Below, piece after piece: positions 18,316-26,626 of a DNA stretch of 64,000 nucleotides. The DNA is from an uncultured Gammaproteobacteria bacterium. GTDB taxonomy: Bacteria > Patescibacteriota > Microgenomatia > Levybacterales > UBA12049. The translations under genes were made by a program, and so were the position numbers. The stretch is from positions 21,936-85,935 of the forward strand of contig CAZWXQ010000001.1 in NCBI GenBank assembly GCA_964637955.1, given 5' to 3'. The stretch's first letter is position 1; every line of letters starts with the position of its first letter. Below the pieces are notes generated by a model. It saw only the letters and a program-made list of their open reading frames with translations. It made no database searches and was not told the origin of the DNA.

Positions 18316-18383
18316 GTGACTAGGACTCGAACCTAGAACCTTTTCGTTAACAGCGAATTGCTCTACCATTGAGCTATCACGGA
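18312..18383 (-). tRNA. tRNA-Asn (GTT), CCA not encoded
   Basis: Reverse complement TCCGTGA-TAGCTCAATGGTAGAGC-AATTCG-CTGTTAA-CGAAA-AGGTT-CTAGGTTCGAGTCCTAG-TCACGGA-G folds as a cloverleaf. Confidence 0.95.
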
Positions 18384-18396
18384 TTATTCATTTCGT

Positions 18397-18439
18397 GTCG
18401 CCAGCTCTACCACTTCGGCTTCGCACAGGCTTACGGAAT
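18397..18439 (-). pseudogene. Decayed tRNA 5'-half fragment with a REP-like insert
   Basis: Reverse complement TTCCGTAAGC[CTGTGCGAAGCCGA]AGTGGTAGAGCTGGCGAC resembles acceptor + D-arm. Confidence 0.35.
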
Positions 18440-18609
18440 GTTTATTTCGCAATCAAAAATATTGCGAGTGAAAAAGATTTTATCATATAAATGAAGCTAG
18501 ATAAAGAGTTATTTAGTCCCAATTTTATTGGTGCGATTCTATTGGATTAACAATAATTATAAGCAATTGCTTGTTGAAATTTAAAAATGCAGGTGTTATA
18601 GTTCCAGTT

Positions 18610-19698
18610 ATGGAATCTGAAAAGAAAAAAGATAATACAAAAATAATAGCCATTGTTTTGGGAGTAGTTTTGATTGGAGTGGTAGGAATATTTCTCTTTA
18701 AAAAGTTTGGATCAGGTTTATCTACTTCTACTTCCTCCACATCATCGGCAGCAGTAACAGGAAATCTAAATATAAATGGTGTAGTGCCAAGTGGGGCTGT
18801 TTTTGTCCTTTCAGCTAAAGATACAACAGGTGGATCTTCAAGTGATTTTCAGACAATTCAAAATCCAACCGATCAAAGTTCCTGGACATTTAGCAGTGCG
18901 CAGTCAGGCAAAACATATATTATAGTAGGAACTTTGAAATCCTCTAATGGTGCAGAACTTACTAAGTCAGTTCCGCTTACAGTCACAGCTCCAGCAACAA
19001 ATCAAATGGTTACTATAAACCTTGCAGGAAAAGCTCCAACTGGAGTATCTGAAATATCAGGAACAGTAAGAGTAAATGGATATTATCCTAGTGGATCTAC
19101 TATTTCACTTCTAGCGAAGACTCCAAATACTTCATATGAAGTAGTAAGAGAAGGTCTTGCGGCTCAAGCATCAACAACAGTTTCTACTGATAAAGCGGTT
19201 GCGGGACAAGAATATACAATAATAGGATATCTGTATAATGCAAGTGGAAATAAAATAGGAGAATCAAGTGAATTAGCGATCGTAGCACCTGCAAGAAATG
19301 AAGTACTTACAATCAACTCAAATGCAACAGCTCCTACTCCAGAGCCATCTCAAGCGCCTGCTAAGTCAAAAATCTCAGGAACAATTCAACTAAATGGCAT
19401 AGCTCCAAGTAACAGTAGGATCGTTATTCTGCAAGCTCCTATGAATAGTAATGACTTTACAGTAGCAATTGATAATGTGCCAGCAGTAAATGGTCAGGCA
19501 TGGGTTTGGCCAAATGCATTAAATGGGACATGGTATAACATGCAAGCTGTCCTAAAGCAGAGGCAATCAAATGGCACAGATATAGACGTAGCTCTTTCCG
19601 GACAGCAAACAGTTGCTGCACCTGCAATAAACGTTATGTTTACGATTAATTCAGGTATTGCACCAAGTGTAACTCCATCACCTACCCCAACACAGTAA
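18610..19698 (+). CDS. Membrane-anchored surface protein with three tandem beta-rich repeats
   Basis: N-terminal TM; 3x (S/T)GxxxxNG..P..S...A..G..Y...(T/V/A)APAxN...TIN; ATG 18610 lies 7 nt after TGtTATAGT. Confidence 0.75.
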   Translation: MESEKKKDNTKIIAIVLGVVLIGVVGIFLFKKFGSGLSTSTSSTSSAAVTGNLNINGVVPSGAVFVLSAKDTTGGSSSDFQTIQNPTDQSSWTFSSAQSGKTYIIVGTLKSSNGAELTKSVPLTVTAPATNQMVTINLAGKAPTGVSEISGTVRVNGYYPSGSTISLLAKTPNTSYEVVREGLAAQASTTVSTDKAVAGQEYTIIGYLYNASGNKIGESSELAIVAPARNEVLTINSNATAPTPEPSQAPAKSKISGTIQLNGIAPSNSRIVILQAPMNSNDFTVAIDNVPAVNGQAWVWPNALNGTWYNMQAVLKQRQSNGTDIDVALSGQQTVAAPAINVMFTINSGIAPSVTPSPTPTQ

Positions 19699-19701
19699 GG
19701 G

Positions 19702-19887
19702 TTAATTATTTCCCCAAATTAATTTATAAATTTTTAGATTAATTACGTAACAAATTCCTACTGTAATTAGAAAAAAAGTTATGAGGGGTTTTCCAAAAAA
19801 TGCAACATCAATAAGCTCTATTAAACAAAGAGTGTGCACAGCGAATATAAAATAAGCTAAGTTTTTCCAAAAATTATCTGTATCCAT
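19702..19887 (-). CDS. Small 2-TM hypothetical protein
   Basis: 61-aa hydrophobic ORF. Confidence 0.45.
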   Translation of the reverse strand: MDTDNFWKNLAYFIFAVHTLCLIELIDVAFFGKPLITFFLITVGICYVINLKIYKLIWGNN

Positions 19888-20007
19888 ATTATTGGATTTC
19901 AGACTACAAATTAATGACTAATTAGTCCTTAAATCGTCAACTGAGGTTTTAAATGAGGTTTATTGCTTAATTAAAGTCCTTAATTATAAGTATTTTTCTT
20001 CTGCAAT

Positions 20008-20391
20008 CTACCGATTTTTATTTTCAAGTTCTGATTCGTAATTTTCTTTTAAAATAAATACTTCCATCATCTCTCCTGTTTTAGTGCTTATATCGCTATG
20101 CGAGCTTATAACTTCTTGTCCTGTAATTTCCTCTACGATTAAGCTTAGATTAGATGTTAAAACTTCATGAAGCTTTTTTCTTATGTCTTTAACTATTTCA
20201 ATACCATTTTTTCCTTCAAGAAGTTTTTCTTCGATGGGTAGAAGTTTTCCTTTTAATCGCACTATTACCATGTCTTCAACTATATATATGCGTGTTACTT
20301 CTGGGCCTTGGCCAATTGTATCTACATAAAATTTAGTAACTTCCTTTGAGATCTTGTCTTTGATTTGTCCTATTGTAAGTTTATTTTCCAT
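20008..20391 (-). CDS. DUF2294 / MpsC-family protein
   Basis: IS..VTKFY...GQGP....Y...DMVIVRLKG.L.PIE..L, HSDISTKTGE..EVFIL. Confidence 0.85.
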   Translation of the reverse strand: MENKLTIGQIKDKISKEVTKFYVDTIGQGPEVTRIYIVEDMVIVRLKGKLLPIEEKLLEGKNGIEIVKDIRKKLHEVLTSNLSLIVEEITGQEVISSHSDISTKTGEMMEVFILKENYESELENKNR

Positions 20392-20400
20392 AATTTACAT

Positions 20401-20480
20401 AAAAAAACCAGCAATATTTTAATCATTTAAATATTACTGGTGTACTGCTAAACGATTTAAAAATCCCCCAACTGTCAACC
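20401..20480 (-). ncRNA. Candidate cis-regulatory leader (riboswitch-like) with intrinsic terminator
   Basis: After TTGAGT-N17-TATAAT, leader GGTTGACAGTTGGGGGATTTTTAAATCGTTTAGCAGTACACC overlaps terminator CCAGTAATATTT..AAATATTGCTGG-T7 before the ATG. Confidence 0.55.
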
Positions 20481-20531
20481 AAGCAGATTATACTAGAATT
20501 TTATTTCTTACTCAATAGATTTTAAATAAAA

Positions 20532-21170
20532 TTACTGATTCTTATCAGTTTCTACAAGTGTGGTCCCATTTATTTTGAAGTATTTGGAAACTCCGACAGA
20601 TGGTTGCTCAGTCATAGGTGCGCCTTGCGGTCTATCAGCATAATTTACTGTGTATATCTCATTTTGAATATCTTTTGTTTGGGGTGAAATCCTGTCGCCA
20701 AGAATTATGGAATTTGTTCCATCATAAGTATAAGTTTTTGTATTATTAAGTGCTGTAGAAGCGTAATAGAAGGTTCCACTTCCTCCAGACACCACTAAAA
20801 TTACTCCTGCATCATTTGCGCTGTCTCCATTTAAATCTCCAATTGTGGGTTCCCCAAACATAGTTGTTTTTCCGTCTGCTGACTTGCCATTTATTAAAGT
20901 TACTTTTTCTCCCTCAATAGTGTATGTAGTATTTTGTGGATCTTTAGCTACATTATCATCGTTAATATTATTATCTGAGATTGGTGTTGGAGTTGTTTTC
21001 GAAGTTTCAGAAGTGCCGCTGCTATTATTATTTGATTCTTTTATGGCAATTCCGGTAACTTGTTTAATCATTTCCTGGGTTTGTTTATTTTGATAAGCAA
21101 AATATCCTATTATTACCAATAGAATTATTATTATTACTGCAATTGCTCCAATTTTCTGATTCTTTGTCAT
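20532..21170 (-). CDS. Membrane-anchored exported protein
   Basis: N-terminal TM, S/T/N linker, GDLNGD...GGSGTFYY, LGDRI motifs. Confidence 0.7.
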   Translation of the reverse strand: MTKNQKIGAIAVIIIILLVIIGYFAYQNKQTQEMIKQVTGIAIKESNNNSSGTSETSKTTPTPISDNNINDDNVAKDPQNTTYTIEGEKVTLINGKSADGKTTMFGEPTIGDLNGDSANDAGVILVVSGGSGTFYYASTALNNTKTYTYDGTNSIILGDRISPQTKDIQNEIYTVNYADRPQGAPMTEQPSVGVSKYFKINGTTLVETDKNQ

Positions 21171-21272
21171 TTCTTGGTAATCTTATAATAGAAATTATTG
21201 CTTAAGCAATAAGCAAAATTATATTCATTTAGCTTCCTTTATGCTATAATCACGAGAATATAATTTAGTTAA

Positions 21273-23279
21273 ATGAATTTATCTCAAAAAATATCAGTTG
21301 TAATTCGATTTTTTATTCTGCTTTTGGTTAATTCTGTGGGGGTTTATCTTCTCTCGCTACTTCTTAGTGGCGTTTATTTCGAAAACCTTTTAACAACTTT
21401 TATCGCAATAACTGTAATCGCAATTTTAAATTCAGTAATATTTCCTATTTTTAATAGATATGCATTGCCAGTTACTGTTTATACACTCGGAATAGCTGGA
21501 CTCATATTAAATGCATTAATTATTTCACTTGTTGCATATGCTATGCCGAATTTTAAAATTAATGATTTATTTTCAGGCATAGTTTTAGTTTTTGGAATTA
21601 CATTTGTAACAACCATAGTAACAGAGCTTTTGGCAATCGATGATGATGAAACATTCTTTAGAAATGTAGTGAAAAAACAAGCTAAAAAATCAAAAGATGA
21701 TAAAGTAAGTAAAATACCTGGAGTGATTTTTGTTCAAATTGATGGATTAGCATATGAGGTTCTACGTCGTGCAATGCAGAGTGGAAACGTTCCGAATATT
21801 TCTAAATGGATAAGAGATGGTGAATATAGACTTGAAAAATGGGAGACTGATTGGTCAAGTCAAACAGGAGCTAGTCAGGCGGGGTTACTTATGGGAAGTA
21901 ATGAAAATATCCCTGCATTCAGATGGTTTGATAAAAAACTTGGAAGAACTTTAGCTTTTGGAAAGCCAGCAGATTTAAAAATTATCGAAGAAAGACTTTC
22001 AAATAAAAAAGGCCTTTTGTTTCATAATGGTGCCAGTCGTGGAAATCTATTTTCTGGAAATGCTGATTATGTATTGCTTACCGTTAGTTCAATTGGGAAA
22101 AAAGATAGTAACGGTACAGCACATGGATACTTTGCATACTTCGCAAATCCGTATAATTTACCACGCACTGTGATACTCTTCTTCGTTGATGTAATCCGTG
22201 AAGTAAAAAGCTCTGTTGAACAAGGGAGACGAGATATTTGGCCACGCTTAACGCATCACAAATTAATCTACCCATTTTTAAGAGCATCAATGACAGTTAT
22301 TCAAAGAGATCTAATTATCCAAACACTCATAGGCGATGCATATGAAGGTCGAGATACTGTTTATGCAGATTTAGTTGGATATGATGAAGTTTCACATCAT
22401 ACAGGTCCAGAAAGGCATGAAACATTATCAGTGTTGAGGGATCTAGATAGACAGCTAGGGCGACTTAAAAAAGCTCTCGATAAAGTTCCAAGAAAATATC
22501 ATTTAGTTTTAGTATCAGATCACGGACAAACTCAAGGCGCTACATTCAAACAACTTATGGGATACGGGCTTGATGAATTGGTCAGTAAATTAATTGACGG
22601 AGAAGTTTCTTCTGAAATGAAAAACACGGAAGATAAAAATACTTTGAGCAATGCTGCTCTTGAGATTACTAAAACTGGTGGACTCGTCGCGAAAAGTATC
22701 AAGAGTGTTAAGAAGGTAAATAATAATTCTAAGAAAGAAAAAGAAGAGAAAACTAAAATTAACCCAGATGTAAAAGTATTAGCATCTGGTGCGCTAGGGC
22801 TTATTTACTTTACCAAATACAAAAATAGATTAACGCTTGAAGAGATTGATAAACTTTATCCAAATCTAGTTGATCAGCTTGCCTCACATCCTCATATAGG
22901 ATTTGTATTGGTAGATTCAAAAAAACATGGTGGAATAGTAATTGGGCCTGAAGGTGAATATTATCTTAAAAATGATAAAGTGATAGGAAAAAATCCTCTC
23001 GAGAATTTTGGGTCAAATGCTGCTATGCATATTAAAAGAACGCATAACTTTGAAAACTGTGGAGACATTATGGTTAATAGTACATATAGCCCTGTAATGA
23101 ATGAAGTTCATGCATTTGAAGAACTGCTTGGTTCTCACGGGGCTCTAGGGGGAGATCAGAACTTCCCATTTGTCCTTTTTCCAAACGGTTGGTATTATCC
23201 AGATGAACATATAATTGGGGCTGCAAATGTTCATAAAAATATGAAAAAATGGTTAAAGACGCTTGGGCAACCAGTTTGA
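21273..23279 (+). CDS. Phage-holin-family-like 4-TM domain fused to alkaline phosphatase/phosphodiesterase superfamily domain
   Basis: N-terminal 4 TM (LPVTVYTLG..LILNA); QIDGL, SQTGASQ, YDEVSHH, SDHGQ, GSHG. Confidence 0.85.
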   Translation: MNLSQKISVVIRFFILLLVNSVGVYLLSLLLSGVYFENLLTTFIAITVIAILNSVIFPIFNRYALPVTVYTLGIAGLILNALIISLVAYAMPNFKINDLFSGIVLVFGITFVTTIVTELLAIDDDETFFRNVVKKQAKKSKDDKVSKIPGVIFVQIDGLAYEVLRRAMQSGNVPNISKWIRDGEYRLEKWETDWSSQTGASQAGLLMGSNENIPAFRWFDKKLGRTLAFGKPADLKIIEERLSNKKGLLFHNGASRGNLFSGNADYVLLTVSSIGKKDSNGTAHGYFAYFANPYNLPRTVILFFVDVIREVKSSVEQGRRDIWPRLTHHKLIYPFLRASMTVIQRDLIIQTLIGDAYEGRDTVYADLVGYDEVSHHTGPERHETLSVLRDLDRQLGRLKKALDKVPRKYHLVLVSDHGQTQGATFKQLMGYGLDELVSKLIDGEVSSEMKNTEDKNTLSNAALEITKTGGLVAKSIKSVKKVNNNSKKEKEEKTKINPDVKVLASGALGLIYFTKYKNRLTLEEIDKLYPNLVDQLASHPHIGFVLVDSKKHGGIVIGPEGEYYLKNDKVIGKNPLENFGSNAAMHIKRTHNFENCGDIMVNSTYSPVMNEVHAFEELLGSHGALGGDQNFPFVLFPNGWYYPDEHIIGAANVHKNMKKWLKTLGQPV

Positions 23280-23303
23280 TTACGCAAGTCCTCTTAATAA
23301 GCT

Positions 23304-23996
23304 ATGCTTACAGTTCTATCATATAACGTTGAGTACGGACAAAAAATAAACGAGATATATGATTGGATAAAATCTTTAAAAGAAACACCTCAAGTTATTT
23401 GCTTTCAGGAATTCCCAGAAAAAGAAGTAGAAAATTTAAAGAAAAATAAAATACATGAGAATCAAAATATATTTTTCGCAAAAGGCTTATTAAAAAAGGA
23501 AGAATATTTTGGCGAACTTACAATCATAGACTCATCTGTTATAAAACTCACTGAAGTGAGATATCTGGATTTCGGACCAGACCACATTGAAAGTGTATTT
23601 AAAAGAAAGATTATAAAAAGAAGCGCTATCATAATTGGATTTGAAATTAATGGAAAAACAATTGAATTAGCGAATGTTCATTTAACCCCGGCATCTCTGC
23701 ACGGTAAAAGAAGAAAGCAGCTTAGTAAGGTTATAGAAGAAACAAATACAGATAAAGCAATCATCGTAGGTGATTATAACTATTCAAGTTTGCTAAATAA
23801 AAACGGACTCATTTCTTTTATGGAAAAATATAATTATAAATTGGCTGGTGAAAATTTGATTACAAATAAATATAAATACGTAGTTCCTCAACAGCTCGAT
23901 TACGTTTTCTATAAAAATCTAAATCACGAAAATACTGAAGTTTTTGTTTTACCCTATTCTGATCATTTTCCTGTAGTTTCAGAATTTAAAATTTAA
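23304..23996 (+). CDS. Endonuclease/exonuclease/phosphatase family protein
   Basis: VLSYNV, CFQE, NVHL, VGDYN, LDYVF, SDHFPV. Confidence 0.9.
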   Translation: MLTVLSYNVEYGQKINEIYDWIKSLKETPQVICFQEFPEKEVENLKKNKIHENQNIFFAKGLLKKEEYFGELTIIDSSVIKLTEVRYLDFGPDHIESVFKRKIIKRSAIIIGFEINGKTIELANVHLTPASLHGKRRKQLSKVIEETNTDKAIIVGDYNYSSLLNKNGLISFMEKYNYKLAGENLITNKYKYVVPQQLDYVFYKNLNHENTEVFVLPYSDHFPVVSEFKI

Positions 23997-24045
23997 TTTA
24001 ATGAAGTAACGCAATGAGGTATTTTAACAATAAGTATTAATGAAA

Positions 24046-24762
24046 TTATATTTCAATTTTTGTTTCGTTTATAACCTTATAAACTAAATGAATGTAGGAA
24101 TTGTTTAAAGTATTATTTTCAATTAATTCAAGAGCTCTTATTTTTCTCAGATCCTCTTCCGAATTAAGTGATTTTCCACCAATTAACGATTGAGTATTAT
24201 TTCCACCTATTAAAGCTGGGGCGATTACGATAGAGATTTTATCTATTAATCCAAGTCTCAAAAGTTCTGCGTTTAGTGTTCCACCTGTCTGAATAGTTAT
24301 ATTTTCAATATTATATTCTTCTTTAAATCTTCGGAAAACATCAGAAAAATCAATCTGACCTTCATATAAGAAGATGCGCATTGTTGGATAATTATCTTTT
24401 AATTTAAATGCTGGATGATTTTTATTTGTTGTTATAAGAAAGAAGTTGTTTGATCTTTTTGCAAAGTATTCTGTTCCTTTATCATCAAGATGAGGTTTGT
24501 TATCAACTACAATAAAGCTAACATCATCTCTTTCTTTGTCCCAATTTCTTTCATTTGCTCCAACTTTTTCTTGAACCCTGCCTGAATTAAAAGAAACTCT
24601 ATCTGTTTGCTTTTCTAAATCGTAATATTGATGAAGGCCTTCTTTGATTCCTTTAATACGAGGAAAATCTTTATCAACATCTAGTACATCCACATCTCCT
24701 GTGGTGATTTTTCCATCAACTGATGCCAGCATAAAAAGAGTAGTAAAAGGTTTATCGCTCAT
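24046..24762 (-). CDS. RibD C-terminal-domain reductase (DHFR-like)
   Basis: ASVDGKI, QTGGTLNAELL..GLIDKISIVIAPALIGG. Confidence 0.85.
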   Translation of the reverse strand: MSDKPFTTLFMLASVDGKITTGDVDVLDVDKDFPRIKGIKEGLHQYYDLEKQTDRVSFNSGRVQEKVGANERNWDKERDDVSFIVVDNKPHLDDKGTEYFAKRSNNFFLITTNKNHPAFKLKDNYPTMRIFLYEGQIDFSDVFRRFKEEYNIENITIQTGGTLNAELLRLGLIDKISIVIAPALIGGNNTQSLIGGKSLNSEEDLRKIRALELIENNTLNNSYIHLVYKVINETKIEI

Positions 24763-24824
24763 AAGTGAATCATAACATTAATCGATGACAATTCAATGTT
24801 TAGATCAAAGAGGAATCCGGTAAT

Positions 24825-26150
24825 TTATTGAGGACATTTGAAGATTAGAGTAGGGGAAGATCCCGAGAAGCATTGTTGCGATGAGCAACTTGAGTCAAAT
24901 GTATATGCATATGCTGCGTAATAATCTTTATCCTGGTCTATTAGTATATTTCGCGTAACGCTTCCACCTGTTGCATTTGTTCTTTCTTGAAATGTATCTC
25001 TTGATCCCTGACTAGTTCCAATCTGCATAAAGTATTGTGCTGCATTCTGAATAGCTGGGAAGGTTACAGACACATTCCATCTTCCTTCTTGTTGATTACC
25101 GCATGATGCTGTTGGAGTTTGAGTTGGAGGCGTGAGCGAGTAATTGGTATTAATTGTGATTGTTTCATTTTCAGCAGGAGCGGTAACTCTAAGTACATTT
25201 CCAACGGATGTGTCTTGTTCATTTACTTGGAGGCTTGCTGATATTTCATATGCCTGGCCAGATACTGCGTCGTCAAAGCTCCACTGGGCACCGCTATTTG
25301 CTGCAATTCTGTCAAAAGCCGTATAGTTTTTGTCACCAGGTTTTCTTTGGAGAAGAAGGATTGTGCTGTTTGGCTGAGTAGGACCATTTAATATTACTTG
25401 ACCAGTGATCGAAGTTTTTTCTGCTGGAGCCTGAGCTATTGAGTCAATTGTTAAAATCTGACTACTTGCTGGTCCTACTATAGAAACATCTTCACTAGTT
25501 CCTATAGGATTTCCATTGACATCAAAGAGCTGGCCTCTAAATGTGTAATAAACTCCTGCTTTTGCAGTGCTCCAAGTGAGTTTTCTACCGTCAACAGCTG
25601 GAATACCTTGTGATAGAGTTTGAAAATCTCCTGAACTTCCTTCACGGGAAAGTATATTTACAAAACTTCCGCTTGGAACATATCCATTCAAATTAAGAGT
25701 GCCTGAAATTGTTACTGTGCTAGTTGATGTATCTCCTCCAGATGAAGGAATATCTTCCGCTGTAACATTAAAAGTAAGATTTTGTCCGTTTGCAGGAGCT
25801 GTTGCAGTAGTAGTTGATGATTCAGAAACTCTTTTTCCTTGATACTGTACATAGGCTCTCAATTGGTATGTTTTGCCTTCTTCTGCTTCTTTCCATGCCC
25901 ATGATGCATTATCTTCAAGGGGTAAATTGTCCACAGCTATTTCATACTGAGTTTCTCCAATTTCTCTTTGCTCAACTACGACTTTACCTTGACTTGGGTC
26001 ATCAGGTTTAACTCCGTTATATTTTATGCTGCCTGAGATTGTTGCAGGATTTGGTTGGAATATTTTGAATACTAAAAAAATGAGGAAAAATCCGATTGCT
26101 AAGCCGGCAATTATTTTAATCAGAGATTTCTGATTCTCTTCTTTTTGCAT
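24825..26150 (-). CDS. Membrane-anchored surface protein with three tandem repeats, paralog of 18610..19698
   Basis: 3x (S/T)Gxxx(Y/L)NG..P...W.W..A..G..Y...(A/G)PA....TIN-like units; Cys-containing C-terminal domain. Confidence 0.75.
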   Translation of the reverse strand: MQKEENQKSLIKIIAGLAIGFFLIFLVFKIFQPNPATISGSIKYNGVKPDDPSQGKVVVEQREIGETQYEIAVDNLPLEDNASWAWKEAEEGKTYQLRAYVQYQGKRVSESSTTTATAPANGQNLTFNVTAEDIPSSGGDTSTSTVTISGTLNLNGYVPSGSFVNILSREGSSGDFQTLSQGIPAVDGRKLTWSTAKAGVYYTFRGQLFDVNGNPIGTSEDVSIVGPASSQILTIDSIAQAPAEKTSITGQVILNGPTQPNSTILLLQRKPGDKNYTAFDRIAANSGAQWSFDDAVSGQAYEISASLQVNEQDTSVGNVLRVTAPAENETITINTNYSLTPPTQTPTASCGNQQEGRWNVSVTFPAIQNAAQYFMQIGTSQGSRDTFQERTNATGGSVTRNILIDQDKDYYAAYAYTFDSSCSSQQCFSGSSPTLIFKCPQ

Positions 26151-26232
26151 AAACTAATACTTAGCACTTCTTAAAAAAATAATAAAACTAATTTGTAGTT
26201 TCGTCAAGCCCCAATAAGCTAAACGATATTTT

Positions 26233-26577
26233 TCAGTTAATTTTATCTGTAAAAAAGTGAATTGCTGTACTTACAATAGATAGTACGATTGCTCCAAAGA
26301 GTGCTGGAATTATTCCTGAAATTTCAAATCCTGGTATAAATAATGCTGCTAGACCTAAGCAAGCAGCGTTAACTACTATTGCGAAAAGGCCAAATGTTAC
26401 GAGAGTGATTGGAAGTGAAATAAGTTTTAAAATAGGCTTAATAAATGTATTTATGAGCCCAATAACGATTGCTGCAATAATAAGAGTGGATGTATCTTGA
26501 ATGGTAATGCCGTCTACGACATTTACTGTTATAACAAGAGCTAATGCATTGGTTATGAGAGAAATAATTAAACCCAT
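26233..26577 (-). CDS. Phage holin family-like 4-TM protein (YvlD-like)
   Basis: GLINTFIKPILKLISLPITLVTFGLF.IVVNA. Confidence 0.85.
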   Translation of the reverse strand: MGLIISLITNALALVITVNVVDGITIQDTSTLIIAAIVIGLINTFIKPILKLISLPITLVTFGLFAIVVNAACLGLAALFIPGFEISGIIPALFGAIVLSIVSTAIHFFTDKIN

Positions 26578-26626
26578 ATTTTCGTGTTCATTCCTTTCCT
26601 AAAGATAATAATTTGTTGCAATAAAA

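Noticed and set aside
10600-18316. CRISPR array interpretation of the repeated junctions
   Set aside because: Copies are diverged and separated by whole genes (0.3-2.4 kb), not 30-40-bp spacers; no cas genes in the window.
10600-18316. Classical integron attC sites
   Set aside because: No consistent RYYYAAC...GTTRRRY ends or long imperfect palindrome spanning each junction, and no intI; the core matches the tRNA end instead.
18135-18323. Short ORFs over junction repeats (also 14772..15146 and the 10633 extension)
   Set aside because: They overlap repeats, the tRNA or real genes on the other strand and have no family resemblance.
21273-26577. Prophage suggested by two holin-family domains
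   Set aside because: No endolysin, structural, terminase or integrase genes; this 4-TM family is common in non-phage contexts.
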